Virus record (IMG/VR): IMGVR_UViG_3300033997_000092
Span: 186,001-250,000 of that record
Reading direction: 5' to 3' (one strand)
DNA length: 64,000 nucleotides
Both the position numbers and the translations under genes were made by a program. This document shows, in pieces, positions 38,370 to 48,347 of the stretch. The notes below the pieces were generated by a model, which did no database searches, was not told the DNA's origin, and saw only the letters and a list, made by a program, of their open reading frames with translations. How positions within the stretch are numbered: position 1 is the stretch's first letter; each line of letters starts with the position of its first letter.

Positions 38370-41300
38370 TTAGCGTTTGAACGCCACAGAGAATTCAGCC
38401 TGGCCGAATCCGCGCTTCACACTTTTGAAAATGATCCAAGTCTCTGTCATTCCGTCCAAGTAAGTACGGACAACATCTACTCCTGGTTCCAAGTTACCCC
38501 AATCAACATCTGGGTTAATACTAGGAACCGCAGCCATTCTCAACGGCACTAACACTTTCGGGCAAGCAAAGTACAGATAGTCTGTGCTGTTTGGTAACAC
38601 AGTAAATTTACCTGTGTCAACGCTTGTTAAACGCTTGAACTTATTCTCTGACCAAATCAGGTTAAAGTAAGTTGTGTTGATTACATTAAATCCTGCTGTC
38701 CAATATATTGAGAAGCTGGATTGCAACAAGATACGGAACTTCTTCTCTTGCCTGAACCCACCTAATACATAAACACAACGAATATCAATGTAAGTGTCCT
38801 GCTCTACATAAGGCGTTGTTAAACGTCCTGTATTTCTTTCGATTGACAATCCTGTCATCTTAGTATCGAGCATCCAGATACATGCGGAGGTCACATCTAT
38901 AGGAGTCGGATTGTTACGCAACTTCAACATAGCAACCAAGTTTATAACTGAGTTGTCTTTGTAGCCAGGACTGTTAGCATCGACCAGCAGATCCTCTGGA
39001 ACAAATCCTGCCAGCAAGTTGAACACAAAGTCCCGCGTTATTTCACGTTGTCCTTCACGACCAATTGCTTTCAGTGTCATAGTTGTGTCTGTGTCAAGTC
39101 TAGGTATTTTGAATGAAAACCTGTCATTGACTTCAAGGCCTTTAGGACCATTTACTATTTCCCATGACAATACATCCGCAGCAATGGCTGTAGATCCGTC
39201 ACGGCGAAGTACACGGACATTCGGATAGAAAACAGTATCATCCTGTGCAAAGTTAGGACCGATCAGTTCAATAATGTCCAGTGCCTTGGAGGCTGTTACT
39301 GTGATTACATAACGGGCTTCCACTGTTTCAGTGAACACTTCGGCTGATTCTTCTGTCTCACGGAATTCCTCAGTGTATGAAGCGACTAAGGTAACCTGCG
39401 AGTCATCTGATTGTGGTGCTATGTACAAACGACCCGTTGCTTCATCAAGAGACACACCATTACCAGTCGGCTCGGCACGCCACAGCACAAGTCCAGGCGG
39501 AGGACCTGCAACAGGGTTATCTGTACGTTCCAAATCAACAGACAATTGGTAGTACAAGGTGCCATCCAAGCTATCAAATGCCCACTGATTGGGTTCATCA
39601 AGTATCAAGCTCTTGAAGTCATAGCTGATTAAACCGCTAGGACCTGTTATCTTCATGTTCAGACCGCGCAGAATACTGTTGATCTTTTTCATGTAGATAT
39701 TCAAGGTTTCTGTAAGTGTTGAAATACCGTCGTCATAGTTGGTGATTAATATCAGCCTAGCATCCACATTCATTTTGGGATATAGGTAACCATCACCATC
39801 AATATCTACTACGCTGGCAATAGGAAGAATCTCTTCCATGTCGATTTTGGAAAGCATATCAACAGATACGCGAGTTCCACTCCCATCACTAGACATAGGC
39901 AATATGTCTTCCTTGCCGTCAACTTCAACCAAGTAACGTATAAGTTCACGTTGCTGGTCAAAATCAACATCACGATAGAAATCAATTTCCCAGTCGCTTG
40001 ACACAGGATATTCTTCACCTTCGTCATCGTAGTCCATGACCAACGCATAACTGTACATCATGCTTTCGTTAGCTTCTATTTCAACTGGACCTGATATGTA
40101 GTACGAATCAATGCGGTCGTGAGGTTGTAATGGTGCATTCACGACAGTCAGAGGCTGCGTTACTTCTTGGGCATAGAATTTGCCTACCAACTGGATAGTT
40201 TCGTCTTCGTCAATGTAACGAGTCTGAATCAGTGTTCTGTTGAGTAATACACCGTCATACTGCGCCATGAGTATGCCTAACTTGCTTGGCCAAGTTTGTC
40301 CTGTTACAGGACGGTTGCTTGGGTTAGCAAATATCGGTTCACCTTGTATCAGCTTTCTTACTTGGTCAACAGACAAGTTTTCATTGTCGATTGCCATCTG
40401 TTCGATTGTAGTGCGGTCAATACCAATCAATGCTTCCACAATACGATCAAGTGGGAACTGGCCGTTGTTGATATTGATAGGGAGATTATCAGTTTCACCC
40501 ATCTGGTCGTAACCCATCCAAGTAGCATTTACTTCTTGGGTTTCGCCGTTGTCGTAGTACCCTATCGTTGGGAAGAAGTAACGGTTGCCTTCTGCAAGCT
40601 GTAGTGGTATAGTAGATTCGATACGTTCCACTTTTGGTATGCGTGGTATTGCAACAACAGGAACAACATACTGCTGCACGTTTCCATTCGTATACACTGC
40701 TTTGATATGTATTGCACCCTGCACCTTGTCTGGGCCTTCCGTGTACTTCAGCATAACCATCGGATGAGTCAGACCAGTCTCCGCATCGATGAATTGGAAA
40801 TCAGGATTGTTCTCGATTTCTATCTGGCTAAAGGACTGGAATTGCAGCGCATTACCTACATTCGTAGCTGTTGCCAATATTTGAGTAAGAGCGTCATCAC
40901 CGTACACTATTACCTGTGTAGGCAGCACTTCAGTTCTGCTGTCAGTTGACCAACGCGCAGTAAAGCGCATTTGAACACTCTGGCCTTCGTTGATTGTGTT
41001 TGCTACGTCTGTGAGAATACCAATCAAATCTCTGGAATTCTTTTGGATAGTGACAAACTTTTGTGCTGTTATTGTCTGGTAATCGGTGTACCGTTGTGTG
41101 CTTACACGGACAAGACCGACACTGTTGTCTGTAACAAGAGGCATCTGCGCCACACCAGTAGAATCGATATTCACGTTCAGCACATCTTGGTTATCGACAT
41201 TTCCTCCTGTACTGTACCAATCGGCCTGATTGATAATACTACGCTGACCGTTGCTCCAGTTAGCGATAGCTATGAATCGGGCAACACGACCTTCTACAAC

Positions 41301-43010
41301 AGCATCAGGTCCTTCGATGTTAATGCTCAACAAATCTATCTGTGGAAATTCCACATTCAAATAGTCTGTTTTCTTTATCGTTTCTTCCTTGTCCACATAT
41401 ATAAAATCGAGGACCAACTTATAGTCTTCACCGGCGGCTGTAGCAAGGAAAATGTTCTGATCGTTTACTTCGACCATGCCTACACGCGAAGATACCAAGA
41501 AGCCTTCGCTAACAACGCTGCCATCAGAAAACAATATGTCGGCGTACACTTTGTAGTAGTTGCCTTGATTGAAGTCTGTTACAGTAGTCTCTGTTGCAAT
41601 ATTACCGTACTGGTCAAATGTAACCAAAGTGTAGGCAGGCTGTATTTCTACAGGAATAGGACTTACCAAATTCTCGACTATCAGAATTTGCTTGTTAGCA
41701 CTCAACTCAGCACCATCAAAAGCACGATACAGGACCTGCATCAATACATTCTGGTCTTGGATAACACGTTTAGCCCGGATAGTAGATGTGTCCAACTCCG
41801 CATACTGGTCGCTGTCCAGTGACCACACGATGTTTTCAGTGTCTTGAATAGTGAAAGTGTTGTTGCCTATCTTACCTAACAACTCATACTTCTCAGATGC
41901 ACCTGGTTTAAGAACACTGGCACCTTTTATAACAAGTGAATCAGGCTTAATCGGAATACCGTACGCCAGCACAACTATGTTCTTGGATATTTCGGTACCC
42001 ATAAACGTAGCTATTACTGTTGTTGATTGGCTGATGCCTGTTTGTGGGTCACGAAACATTGTAGTAGGCTTCGTCTGCGTCATTAATCCCGCCGTGTCCG
42101 ACAGGGTGTTAGGAATCACAGTTGTTACTGTAGTGTCATCCCAAAACACCTTAACATAGACATTGTATTCCGTAGAAGCTGATACTACGTTTGGTACCAT
42201 AAGCTCAACACGCTCTATCCCAGGAGTCTCCAGCCGAGCAAAGTCTTTTGGATAGAACATGGCTGACATACTGACATACAGGTATGTTTTGGAATACAGG
42301 CCAATGTAAATATCTTTGATTACTTCTTCTATTGGAGCAAACTTGTAGAACAGTTCCGATATTCTGTAATCAACAAGAGCCTCGACTATTTCTGGATCAT
42401 CTGTGTCAGGATTTAATTCGCGTGACATCAATGCCATCAATTGGTTGCCAATAGCTACTTTCTGTGCTTCGTCCAGCTTGTCGTAATCCAGACGGCGACG
42501 CACGTACTCCAAATCACCCGCACCCAAGTTGATGCTCAGATCTTCTGCTAGGTTAGCTCCATCAACAACAAGGTTAACGTGCGATGTGCTGAACCAACTA
42601 CCGCCGTCGATATTCAGTTTGCCTGGAACAGGACTGAAGTTCACATAGTCTTGAGAAAACAAGTTCTGCACTTGGAATCCGCGGTTCAACAGAAAGCTGA
42701 TGAATTTTGGATATACAGGAGTGTTGTTAATCTCGCTGTACTTGGACAGTTGGTAGAAGCCTTTGCGAATATTACTTCCGTTTATCTCAAGGATATCACG
42801 GTGAATATCAAAGCCTATGTGCCGAATCATTTCATCTATAATTTCAGGATTAGTATTCCTGTCGATTGCCCGTAAGTTTTCCAACATACGGATGAACTGT
42901 TTGACGTTTTCTTCTGTGTAATCGTGGATGATGTCATAGAGTCTGACCCATGCAGGTTCTTCCTCACGCATCAACTCTACCAACATATCAGATAGGCGTT
43001 TAGATGTCAT
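38370..43010 (-). CDS. Baseplate wedge protein (gpI/gp7-like N-terminus) with tandem Ig-like domains
   Basis: Follows the gp6-like gene. N-terminal LR.ID...IGFD..ISFLLN pattern; repeated L.I.GP..V.EG...[YF]....W domains. Confidence 0.6.
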   Translation of the reverse strand: MTSKRLSDMLVELMREEEPAWVRLYDIIHDYTEENVKQFIRMLENLRAIDRNTNPEIIDEMIRHIGFDIHRDILEINGSNIRKGFYQLSKYSEINNTPVYPKFISFLLNRGFQVQNLFSQDYVNFSPVPGKLNIDGGSWFSTSHVNLVVDGANLAEDLSINLGAGDLEYVRRRLDYDKLDEAQKVAIGNQLMALMSRELNPDTDDPEIVEALVDYRISELFYKFAPIEEVIKDIYIGLYSKTYLYVSMSAMFYPKDFARLETPGIERVELMVPNVVSASTEYNVYVKVFWDDTTVTTVIPNTLSDTAGLMTQTKPTTMFRDPQTGISQSTTVIATFMGTEISKNIVVLAYGIPIKPDSLVIKGASVLKPGASEKYELLGKIGNNTFTIQDTENIVWSLDSDQYAELDTSTIRAKRVIQDQNVLMQVLYRAFDGAELSANKQILIVENLVSPIPVEIQPAYTLVTFDQYGNIATETTVTDFNQGNYYKVYADILFSDGSVVSEGFLVSSRVGMVEVNDQNIFLATAAGEDYKLVLDFIYVDKEETIKKTDYLNVEFPQIDLLSINIEGPDAVVEGRVARFIAIANWSNGQRSIINQADWYSTGGNVDNQDVLNVNIDSTGVAQMPLVTDNSVGLVRVSTQRYTDYQTITAQKFVTIQKNSRDLIGILTDVANTINEGQSVQMRFTARWSTDSRTEVLPTQVIVYGDDALTQILATATNVGNALQFQSFSQIEIENNPDFQFIDAETGLTHPMVMLKYTEGPDKVQGAIHIKAVYTNGNVQQYVVPVVAIPRIPKVERIESTIPLQLAEGNRYFFPTIGYYDNGETQEVNATWMGYDQMGETDNLPININNGQFPLDRIVEALIGIDRTTIEQMAIDNENLSVDQVRKLIQGEPIFANPSNRPVTGQTWPSKLGILMAQYDGVLLNRTLIQTRYIDEDETIQLVGKFYAQEVTQPLTVVNAPLQPHDRIDSYYISGPVEIEANESMMYSYALVMDYDDEGEEYPVSSDWEIDFYRDVDFDQQRELIRYLVEVDGKEDILPMSSDGSGTRVSVDMLSKIDMEEILPIASVVDIDGDGYLYPKMNVDARLILITNYDDGISTLTETLNIYMKKINSILRGLNMKITGPSGLISYDFKSLILDEPNQWAFDSLDGTLYYQLSVDLERTDNPVAGPPPGLVLWRAEPTGNGVSLDEATGRLYIAPQSDDSQVTLVASYTEEFRETEESAEVFTETVEARYVITVTASKALDIIELIGPNFAQDDTVFYPNVRVLRRDGSTAIAADVLSWEIVNGPKGLEVNDRFSFKIPRLDTDTTMTLKAIGREGQREITRDFVFNLLAGFVPEDLLVDANSPGYKDNSVINLVAMLKLRNNPTPIDVTSACIWMLDTKMTGLSIERNTGRLTTPYVEQDTYIDIRCVYVLGGFRQEKKFRILLQSSFSIYWTAGFNVINTTYFNLIWSENKFKRLTSVDTGKFTVLPNSTDYLYFACPKVLVPLRMAAVPSINPDVDWGNLEPGVDVVRTYLDGMTETWIIFKSVKRGFGQAEFSVAFKR

Positions 43011-44463
43011 TCAATGCACCTTTTCTTTCTGTGTACTTGACTAACACTGTGACTTGGTTAGGCGCAATGTATTCAAGTTTTGACCTGGGTTCAATGGGTT
43101 GGATAGGCTCTAATACACGAACATAGTCCAAACCTTCGTAGCGTTTCTTATCAGCACCGAATGTAGCAAGGTCTTTCAAGTCGCTGATTTCTAACTTGCG
43201 TCCAAGCACACCACGGCGGCGCCTGAAGTAATCGGCTATTGCTTGCTCGGTACGGGCTTTCCATGTTTCCCGTGATTGGTCTTCGTTGATGTATACTTCC
43301 ATGACAATGTTAGTCAGTATGCGCTCTGGGTTACATGGCAGTATCATTACATGCTTGTTTTTAATCTTTTCTGCCCATGCCAAGAACTTCGTCCATTGTC
43401 CTGATTGAGGGTTAGGATTAGTGCCTCCCCAACTGCTTGTGCTTTTCGGCAGCACACATACACGCACTACGTTCATGTAGGTCAAATCATCAGGGGCTAT
43501 GTCACGCTGGCCTTGAATAACAACGTCAGCCACATCCGGGTACATGCCTATATTACCCAACCATGAATCATGTCGATCAAGATTGCGTTTTGATTGGAAC
43601 ACATAAGGTGCGTACATTTTAAGTACGTCTGTATCCATCGGCTCACTTCCACCAACAGAAGCTTCGTCAGTGATACCACCTATAGTAGTATCGTTCTCAT
43701 AGCGTACCCGCACACCGCTGGTTCCGATATTGCCAGATTCACCAGAAGTAAGAACATATCGTACTACAATACGATCACTGCTATTTAAACGCACACCAAA
43801 TTGGCCGTTACCGAACATCAAGCTCACATCACCTTCAGCGGTTGTGTTTGGAATGTACATGGGTTCATCGGCATCAACATCGAATATGCTGTCGTAAGGA
43901 ACAAAAGCTTGTCGAGTACCACTTACAGGATTCTCGCTGTATACAAACATATCGTCCATTGATACAACGTGTCCCGGTACACCAAGTACAATCTCAGGGA
44001 AGTCCAAATCCACATTGCCCAAGTTGAATGTTTTGAGTTGTATGGTACCTTGTCCCATGATTACTTTACGTGATTCACTTGGACGCAACATAACGCTTTC
44101 ACGGTTGTAGAAAGGCAAACCGTTTATAGTAAATGCACTGAACTCGGGAATAGATTTGTTCACAGTGCTGTTGTTGCGTAATGTGACTGTTACCGTGCTG
44201 CCTGTCTTACGATTCAGTGTTTGTCCTAAATCACGGGCGTTTGCAAGTACGCTGCTTGCACGGCGCGCTCTACGCATAAATGCTTCACGGAAAGCAAAGT
44301 TGATATATGCTTGGTTGACTTCAGTGCTACCTGCTAAGGCATCTGCAATAAAGATAGCCAGGCGGCTTTTGCTTTTATCAGACCATACATAATCGGAGGC
44401 AAAGCGTGTAAGGATAGCCTGAACGTGTTCCTCAAATGACGCTGCGTTTATAATTGGGTTCAT
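43000..44463 (-). CDS. Baseplate wedge subunit (T4 gp6 / P2 gpJ-like)
   Basis: EAFMRRARRASSV..A..LG, MFGNGQFG, VRYVLTSGESGNIG, GGSEP..D.LK..AP; follows the gp25-like gene. Confidence 0.85.
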   Translation of the reverse strand: MNPIINAASFEEHVQAILTRFASDYVWSDKSKSRLAIFIADALAGSTEVNQAYINFAFREAFMRRARRASSVLANARDLGQTLNRKTGSTVTVTLRNNSTVNKSIPEFSAFTINGLPFYNRESVMLRPSESRKVIMGQGTIQLKTFNLGNVDLDFPEIVLGVPGHVVSMDDMFVYSENPVSGTRQAFVPYDSIFDVDADEPMYIPNTTAEGDVSLMFGNGQFGVRLNSSDRIVVRYVLTSGESGNIGTSGVRVRYENDTTIGGITDEASVGGSEPMDTDVLKMYAPYVFQSKRNLDRHDSWLGNIGMYPDVADVVIQGQRDIAPDDLTYMNVVRVCVLPKSTSSWGGTNPNPQSGQWTKFLAWAEKIKNKHVMILPCNPERILTNIVMEVYINEDQSRETWKARTEQAIADYFRRRRGVLGRKLEISDLKDLATFGADKKRYEGLDYVRVLEPIQPIEPRSKLEYIAPNQVTVLVKYTERKGALNDI

Positions 44464-44467
44464 GTTG

Positions 44468-44926
44468 TTATCCTAATTTCTGTAATCCGAATGAAACTTT
44501 CTTGCCTGTTACTTCCAAACGTGGAATATCTACTTTGAGTTCACACACGTAGGTGCTAGTGCCGTAGTCCATTCCAATATCAATAGTGTCGATGTACACA
44601 CCAAGGTCACCACTTGCTGTACGGTCGGCTGCCGTTTGTATAACAGTTAAGATTTCGTCCCGTGTTATTGTGTCGAATGGCTCAAACAACAAGTCCATTA
44701 ACCTACGCACTCCCCACTCAGGTCTCCACCAGCGGCTGCCTCTTGGAGTAGATAGTAGCAACAAGAATTGTTGTACTTCTGCTTCGCCGTCATAAACAAA
44801 CTCGTCACCTTTCTTGCCAATATCAATATTGACATCACGGAATACATACGTTCCTTTATTCGTAGTTTCTTCCATTGACTCACGGGCAGCGACCTGTTGT
44901 TCATGCGTTTTAATAGTTCTGAACAT
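44468..44926 (-). CDS. Baseplate gp25/gpW-like protein
   Basis: LLLSTPRGSRWWRPEWGV...LFEP is the GPW_gp25 signature. Confidence 0.85.
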   Translation of the reverse strand: MFRTIKTHEQQVAARESMEETTNKGTYVFRDVNIDIGKKGDEFVYDGEAEVQQFLLLLSTPRGSRWWRPEWGVRRLMDLLFEPFDTITRDEILTVIQTAADRTASGDLGVYIDTIDIGMDYGTSTYVCELKVDIPRLEVTGKKVSFGLQKLG

Positions 44927-45216
44927 TACCCTGCTCCTACGTTGCTTGAACCACCCATCGAAGTATCTCCACAGGTAGTTTTATCTCCCATACGTGTGAC
45001 GCCACGTTTATTAACAAAAACTTTGGAAGAACCTGTTGCTGTAGGAACGTGACAGCTTCCATTACAGCAGTGTAGCTTGTATTTATCTCCAGTACGCACA
45101 GCAGGAAGACCGTTAACAAACACATTGTTACTGCCTTGAATTGCTGGTACAGGAGGAAAGCAAGGACTGTGTCCCATCGTCATGTCAGGTCCTTTACGGA
45201 TGACTGGTTTACCCAT
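44926..45216 (-). CDS. PAAR-type spike tip protein (T4 gp5.4-like)
   Basis: GH.C.P....GS.NVFVNG.PAVR.GD...H...C H...GSS.VFVN...R.GD..CG. Confidence 0.92.
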   Translation of the reverse strand: MGKPVIRKGPDMTMGHSPCFPPVPAIQGSNNVFVNGLPAVRTGDKYKLHCCNGSCHVPTATGSSKVFVNKRGVTRMGDKTTCGDTSMGGSSNVGAG

Positions 45217-45276
45217 GATCTTAGCCTCGGTTTTCTGTAAATATAAACTAAATTAGCAACTAGGAGGTATTTACAG

Positions 45277-45354
45277 ATGGCTAAGGTGCTGGCTAAGATA
45301 ATCAAGGTAACTAAAATCCCCTGCTTCCCAATGTCCTGGAGTCGAATATGGTAG
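45277..45354 (+). CDS. 25-aa upstream ORF overlapping the RNase HI start (not in ORF track)
   Basis: Perfect SD AGGAGGT 8 nt before ATG. Translates MAKVLAKIIKVTKIPCFPMSWSRIW; TAG overlaps ATG 45348. Confidence 0.45.
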   Translation: MAKVLAKIIKVTKIPCFPMSWSRIW

Positions 45355-45884
45355 AAGTTCATGCGTACACCGACGGTTCATGTATCAACAATCCGGGACC
45401 AGGCGGCATAGGCATCCACATGAGGAAGCCCGCTACAAAAAAGAAGAAGAAAATCAGCCTACCGTTCGGTTATACGACAAACAATGAAATGGAATTGATG
45501 GCTATATTGATCGCACTTATATCATTAAAGCCTGGAAAGTTTGTTACAGTGTTCTCCGACAGTGAATATTCTATAAATTGTCTGTGTTTGTGGCACCACG
45601 GTTGGGCAGCAAACGGTTGGCGTAAACCAGAACACAACAAAAAGCTGATACAAACCATAGTCAAGTGCTTTTACTTTCATCGTGTAGAGTTTGTTAAAGT
45701 CAAAGCTCACTCAGGAATCAAGTACAACGAGAGTGCAGATGCTTTGGCTAGACAGGGCAGCGCTATCGCCCAAAAGAAGCGAAACAGTCCTGATTGTTTT
45801 ACGTTAGAGCAGTGCCTACAGCAAGCTGAATTGTACTTTAAGAAATATGCAGGCTTCAAAGCACCAAACATAATAACAGCATAA
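45348..45884 (+). CDS. rnhA: Ribonuclease HI
   Basis: YTDGSC..NPGPGG, TNNEMEL.A, SDSEY, KVKAHSG..NE.AD: all DEDD residues present. Confidence 0.95.
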   Translation: MVEVHAYTDGSCINNPGPGGIGIHMRKPATKKKKKISLPFGYTTNNEMELMAILIALISLKPGKFVTVFSDSEYSINCLCLWHHGWAANGWRKPEHNKKLIQTIVKCFYFHRVEFVKVKAHSGIKYNESADALARQGSAIAQKKRNSPDCFTLEQCLQQAELYFKKYAGFKAPNIITA

Positions 45885-45932
45885 CACTAATTTAATCTAG
45901 TACAATTAACCAGTACGACCAGGAGAATTATT

Positions 45933-47033
45933 ATGTCTGGAATTAACTTCCAACCAACTTTCATCGTACAATTGGGTGCGAATTCAAGCCAACACCGTGT
46001 TGTAGTAAGCGCACCAAGCAAAGGCGCTCCATTTACTATAGCTGCAGGTGACGGTACTACTAACGGCCGTGTATTTGCTCCACAAGTAGGCGAAGATCAG
46101 TGGGACGCAGAACGTGTCGCATTGTTAGAAGCTCACCTTAATGCAGCGCTGCCTGGAATCCTGAACAATGTGGATTTATCTAAAGCTGGTGCGGCCGACC
46201 ACGTAAACCTTATGCTGCGTGGTGTAGCTCAGTCTTACATGGAAACAACCTTGTTTGACGACAGTGTTGATGATTTGCAGCAAATTGGCGATACTGCTAT
46301 GACTGAAATCGCTAAGCTGTCCAAGCAAAACAATCCTCCTAAGCGTGGACCAGGTTATCCAATTGACCCAGTGGATCCAGAAGAGCCTATCTTTGAAGAA
46401 GGTGAGTTGGCTGTCACTATTATGTCTGCACTGTCTGCCCAGTTCTTGCAGGCTAACGGTACGTTGTTTGTGGGCTCTGGTATCCCAGGCAGCAAGTATA
46501 ATATTGTCAGCAACGACTTGTTAGAAATCGGCATGACTGCACACCGTCGTGGACAGTGGGACACAGGCCGTACATGGGACGAAGATGAAATCAACCTGGA
46601 TTTAGCTACTACTGTTCCTGCTGATCGCTGGAACGTAAGCTGGTCAATCGGTTTGAAAAATCCTGAAGTTGAACTTATTACTGACCTGTTCGACATCGAA
46701 TTTATCATGGGCCTGCGTAACGACGGTACTCTGGCTGAAGGCGAATCAATTGTTTATCAACTGGAATACAATCCAGAAAACACTGCGCCGAATAGCCCAT
46801 ACGTGTTTACTGAAACAACAGGTATTATCAACAGTATCGTAGATAGCCGTGGTGATGCGGAACTGCGCTGTGTGCAGAACAGTAGCTCCCTGCACTGGGT
46901 TAAATCTTCGTTGATTCCTCCTCTGGCTGCCGACGCTCCTGTTGAAGGTATCTATGCTGCTCAAATCCGCGCTACCAACAAGCAGACTGGTACCGTGCTG
47001 ATCAACACCTTGACTGTATCTGCTATGGTGTAA
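45933..47033 (+). CDS. Two-domain protein, probably virion structural
   Basis: 366 aa, SD AGGAG, high-expression codon choice, Pro/acidic linker PIDPVDPEEP. Confidence 0.5.
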   Translation: MSGINFQPTFIVQLGANSSQHRVVVSAPSKGAPFTIAAGDGTTNGRVFAPQVGEDQWDAERVALLEAHLNAALPGILNNVDLSKAGAADHVNLMLRGVAQSYMETTLFDDSVDDLQQIGDTAMTEIAKLSKQNNPPKRGPGYPIDPVDPEEPIFEEGELAVTIMSALSAQFLQANGTLFVGSGIPGSKYNIVSNDLLEIGMTAHRRGQWDTGRTWDEDEINLDLATTVPADRWNVSWSIGLKNPEVELITDLFDIEFIMGLRNDGTLAEGESIVYQLEYNPENTAPNSPYVFTETTGIINSIVDSRGDAELRCVQNSSSLHWVKSSLIPPLAADAPVEGIYAAQIRATNKQTGTVLINTLTVSAMV

Positions 47034-47048
47034 CACAGGAGTCCTGGC

Positions 47049-47336
47049 ATGAGAATTTTTGTTAGCTTGAGTGCTGAACAGTTTTCTGTTACATTGCGTG
47101 AAGACGCAGGTATGTCAACAGCACAAATCCGTGAAAAGATTGATGCTATAAACAAGGAAACTAAATCGAATGCCAGGATAACTTCTATGGCAAAGTCAAT
47201 TGCCAGTGTTCCCAAGCAGTTTACTATAACAGGCACTAAACGCGATGTAGTGTTTGTTGCCGCTGGCTGGTACGATACCGATCCAGATGAACATCAGTTG
47301 AGCCAAGACTGGAATCTGGATTTCCTTAAAAGTTAA
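47049..47336 (+). CDS. Small hypothetical protein starting MRIFVSLS
   Basis: SD AGGAG; shares its first 8 aa with the next gene. Confidence 0.7.
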   Translation: MRIFVSLSAEQFSVTLREDAGMSTAQIREKIDAINKETKSNARITSMAKSIASVPKQFTITGTKRDVVFVAAGWYDTDPDEHQLSQDWNLDFLKS

Positions 47337-47346
47337 GGAGCGCACT

Positions 47347-47766
47347 ATGCGTATTTTTGTTAGTTTGAGTAAGGCGGACGTGGCGCTCAAACCTGTTACG
47401 GGTCCAGGTCTTCCTTATGCAGATTTCGAGGATAGATTACTATACGGAGATCCTAAGGATAGCGCTAAATACTTATCTAAATACTTTTCTCTGCCTGTTC
47501 AAGGCGCGGATCAGTTTGATGACGGTAACTCTTTTGCTGGTTGCTGGCTTGAAATTTTAAGTGAAGGTAAGATAAGAACTTTTGCTTTGGTTGTCAAAGA
47601 CGCAAGCATATCAGAAACAGTTAAGTTTTCAGGAGCCAAGAACGTAATCTTATTTGAAGTTGAAGATAAGAAACAGTTGTACTTAGGTAAACCTGTTGTC
47701 ATAGGTAAAGCTTATACTGCCAATCGTGTAGATCCACTGATGTATACACTTAAAAATTTTGTGTGA
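47347..47766 (+). CDS. Small hypothetical protein starting MRIFVSLS
   Basis: SD AAGGAG. Confidence 0.7.
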   Translation: MRIFVSLSKADVALKPVTGPGLPYADFEDRLLYGDPKDSAKYLSKYFSLPVQGADQFDDGNSFAGCWLEILSEGKIRTFALVVKDASISETVKFSGAKNVILFEVEDKKQLYLGKPVVIGKAYTANRVDPLMYTLKNFV

Positions 47767-47779
47767 ACCACTTTACTGC

Positions 47780-47815
47780 AAAAACCCACCTCAGCAATGT
47801 CGTGGGTTTTTTTTT
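47780..47815 (+). terminator. Intrinsic terminator
   Basis: AAAAACCCAC...GTGGG followed by 9 T; GCAA tetraloop inside. Confidence 0.85.
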
Positions 47816-47871
47816 GGTCTCCAAACAGCTTAAAACACATGATACTGTAAATCAAGTGTAGGAGGAACATT

Positions 47872-48312
47872 ATGATTCAACATGCAAATTTACGTGATAT
47901 TTTACAACTGCCCTCAGGTCCACTAAAAGAACTGTTTATCAGTCCACATGATAAATTCCGCACAATGAATTGCCGTACTGTGGAATGCAGTTTTGAGTAT
48001 CTGCCACTAACACCGTACACTCAGGCATTTGCTGAATCCATCTGCGCTTACCTAAACAAGAAATTTGTTGATGGACGTATTCATAAATTCGATGCCGATG
48101 ATTTCTGTGCTGTCCACGAAGATACAGCCTATCCTTACTCCCACACGATCATAGTGTGCTTGGACAAAGACGAAGATGACAGGCTTGTGATCAACGACAC
48201 TATTGTCCGGGAATACGAAGGCTCAGTTTACGTGATGCCTCCGTTGACTAGCCACGGTATAGCTAAAGGCAAAAGTTCGCGCATTTCATTCATTATCTGG
48301 GCTAACCAGTAA
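47872..48312 (+). CDS. 2OG-Fe(II) oxygenase (P4Hc / 2OG-FeII_Oxy_3-like)
   Basis: KF..DDF..HED (HxD), TIIVCL, GSVYVMP, distal H in SHGI, and R-x-S in RISFIIW. Confidence 0.8.
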   Translation: MIQHANLRDILQLPSGPLKELFISPHDKFRTMNCRTVECSFEYLPLTPYTQAFAESICAYLNKKFVDGRIHKFDADDFCAVHEDTAYPYSHTIIVCLDKDEDDRLVINDTIVREYEGSVYVMPPLTSHGIAKGKSSRISFIIWANQ

Positions 48313-48347
48313 CTGTAAATAATACTTGTTAACAACGGAGATTTATT

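Noticed and set aside
45348-45884. Two RNase H-type activities (5'-3' exonuclease plus RNase HI) as a novelty
   Set aside because: Both are common in large phages for primer removal, and nothing unusual is visible in either sequence.
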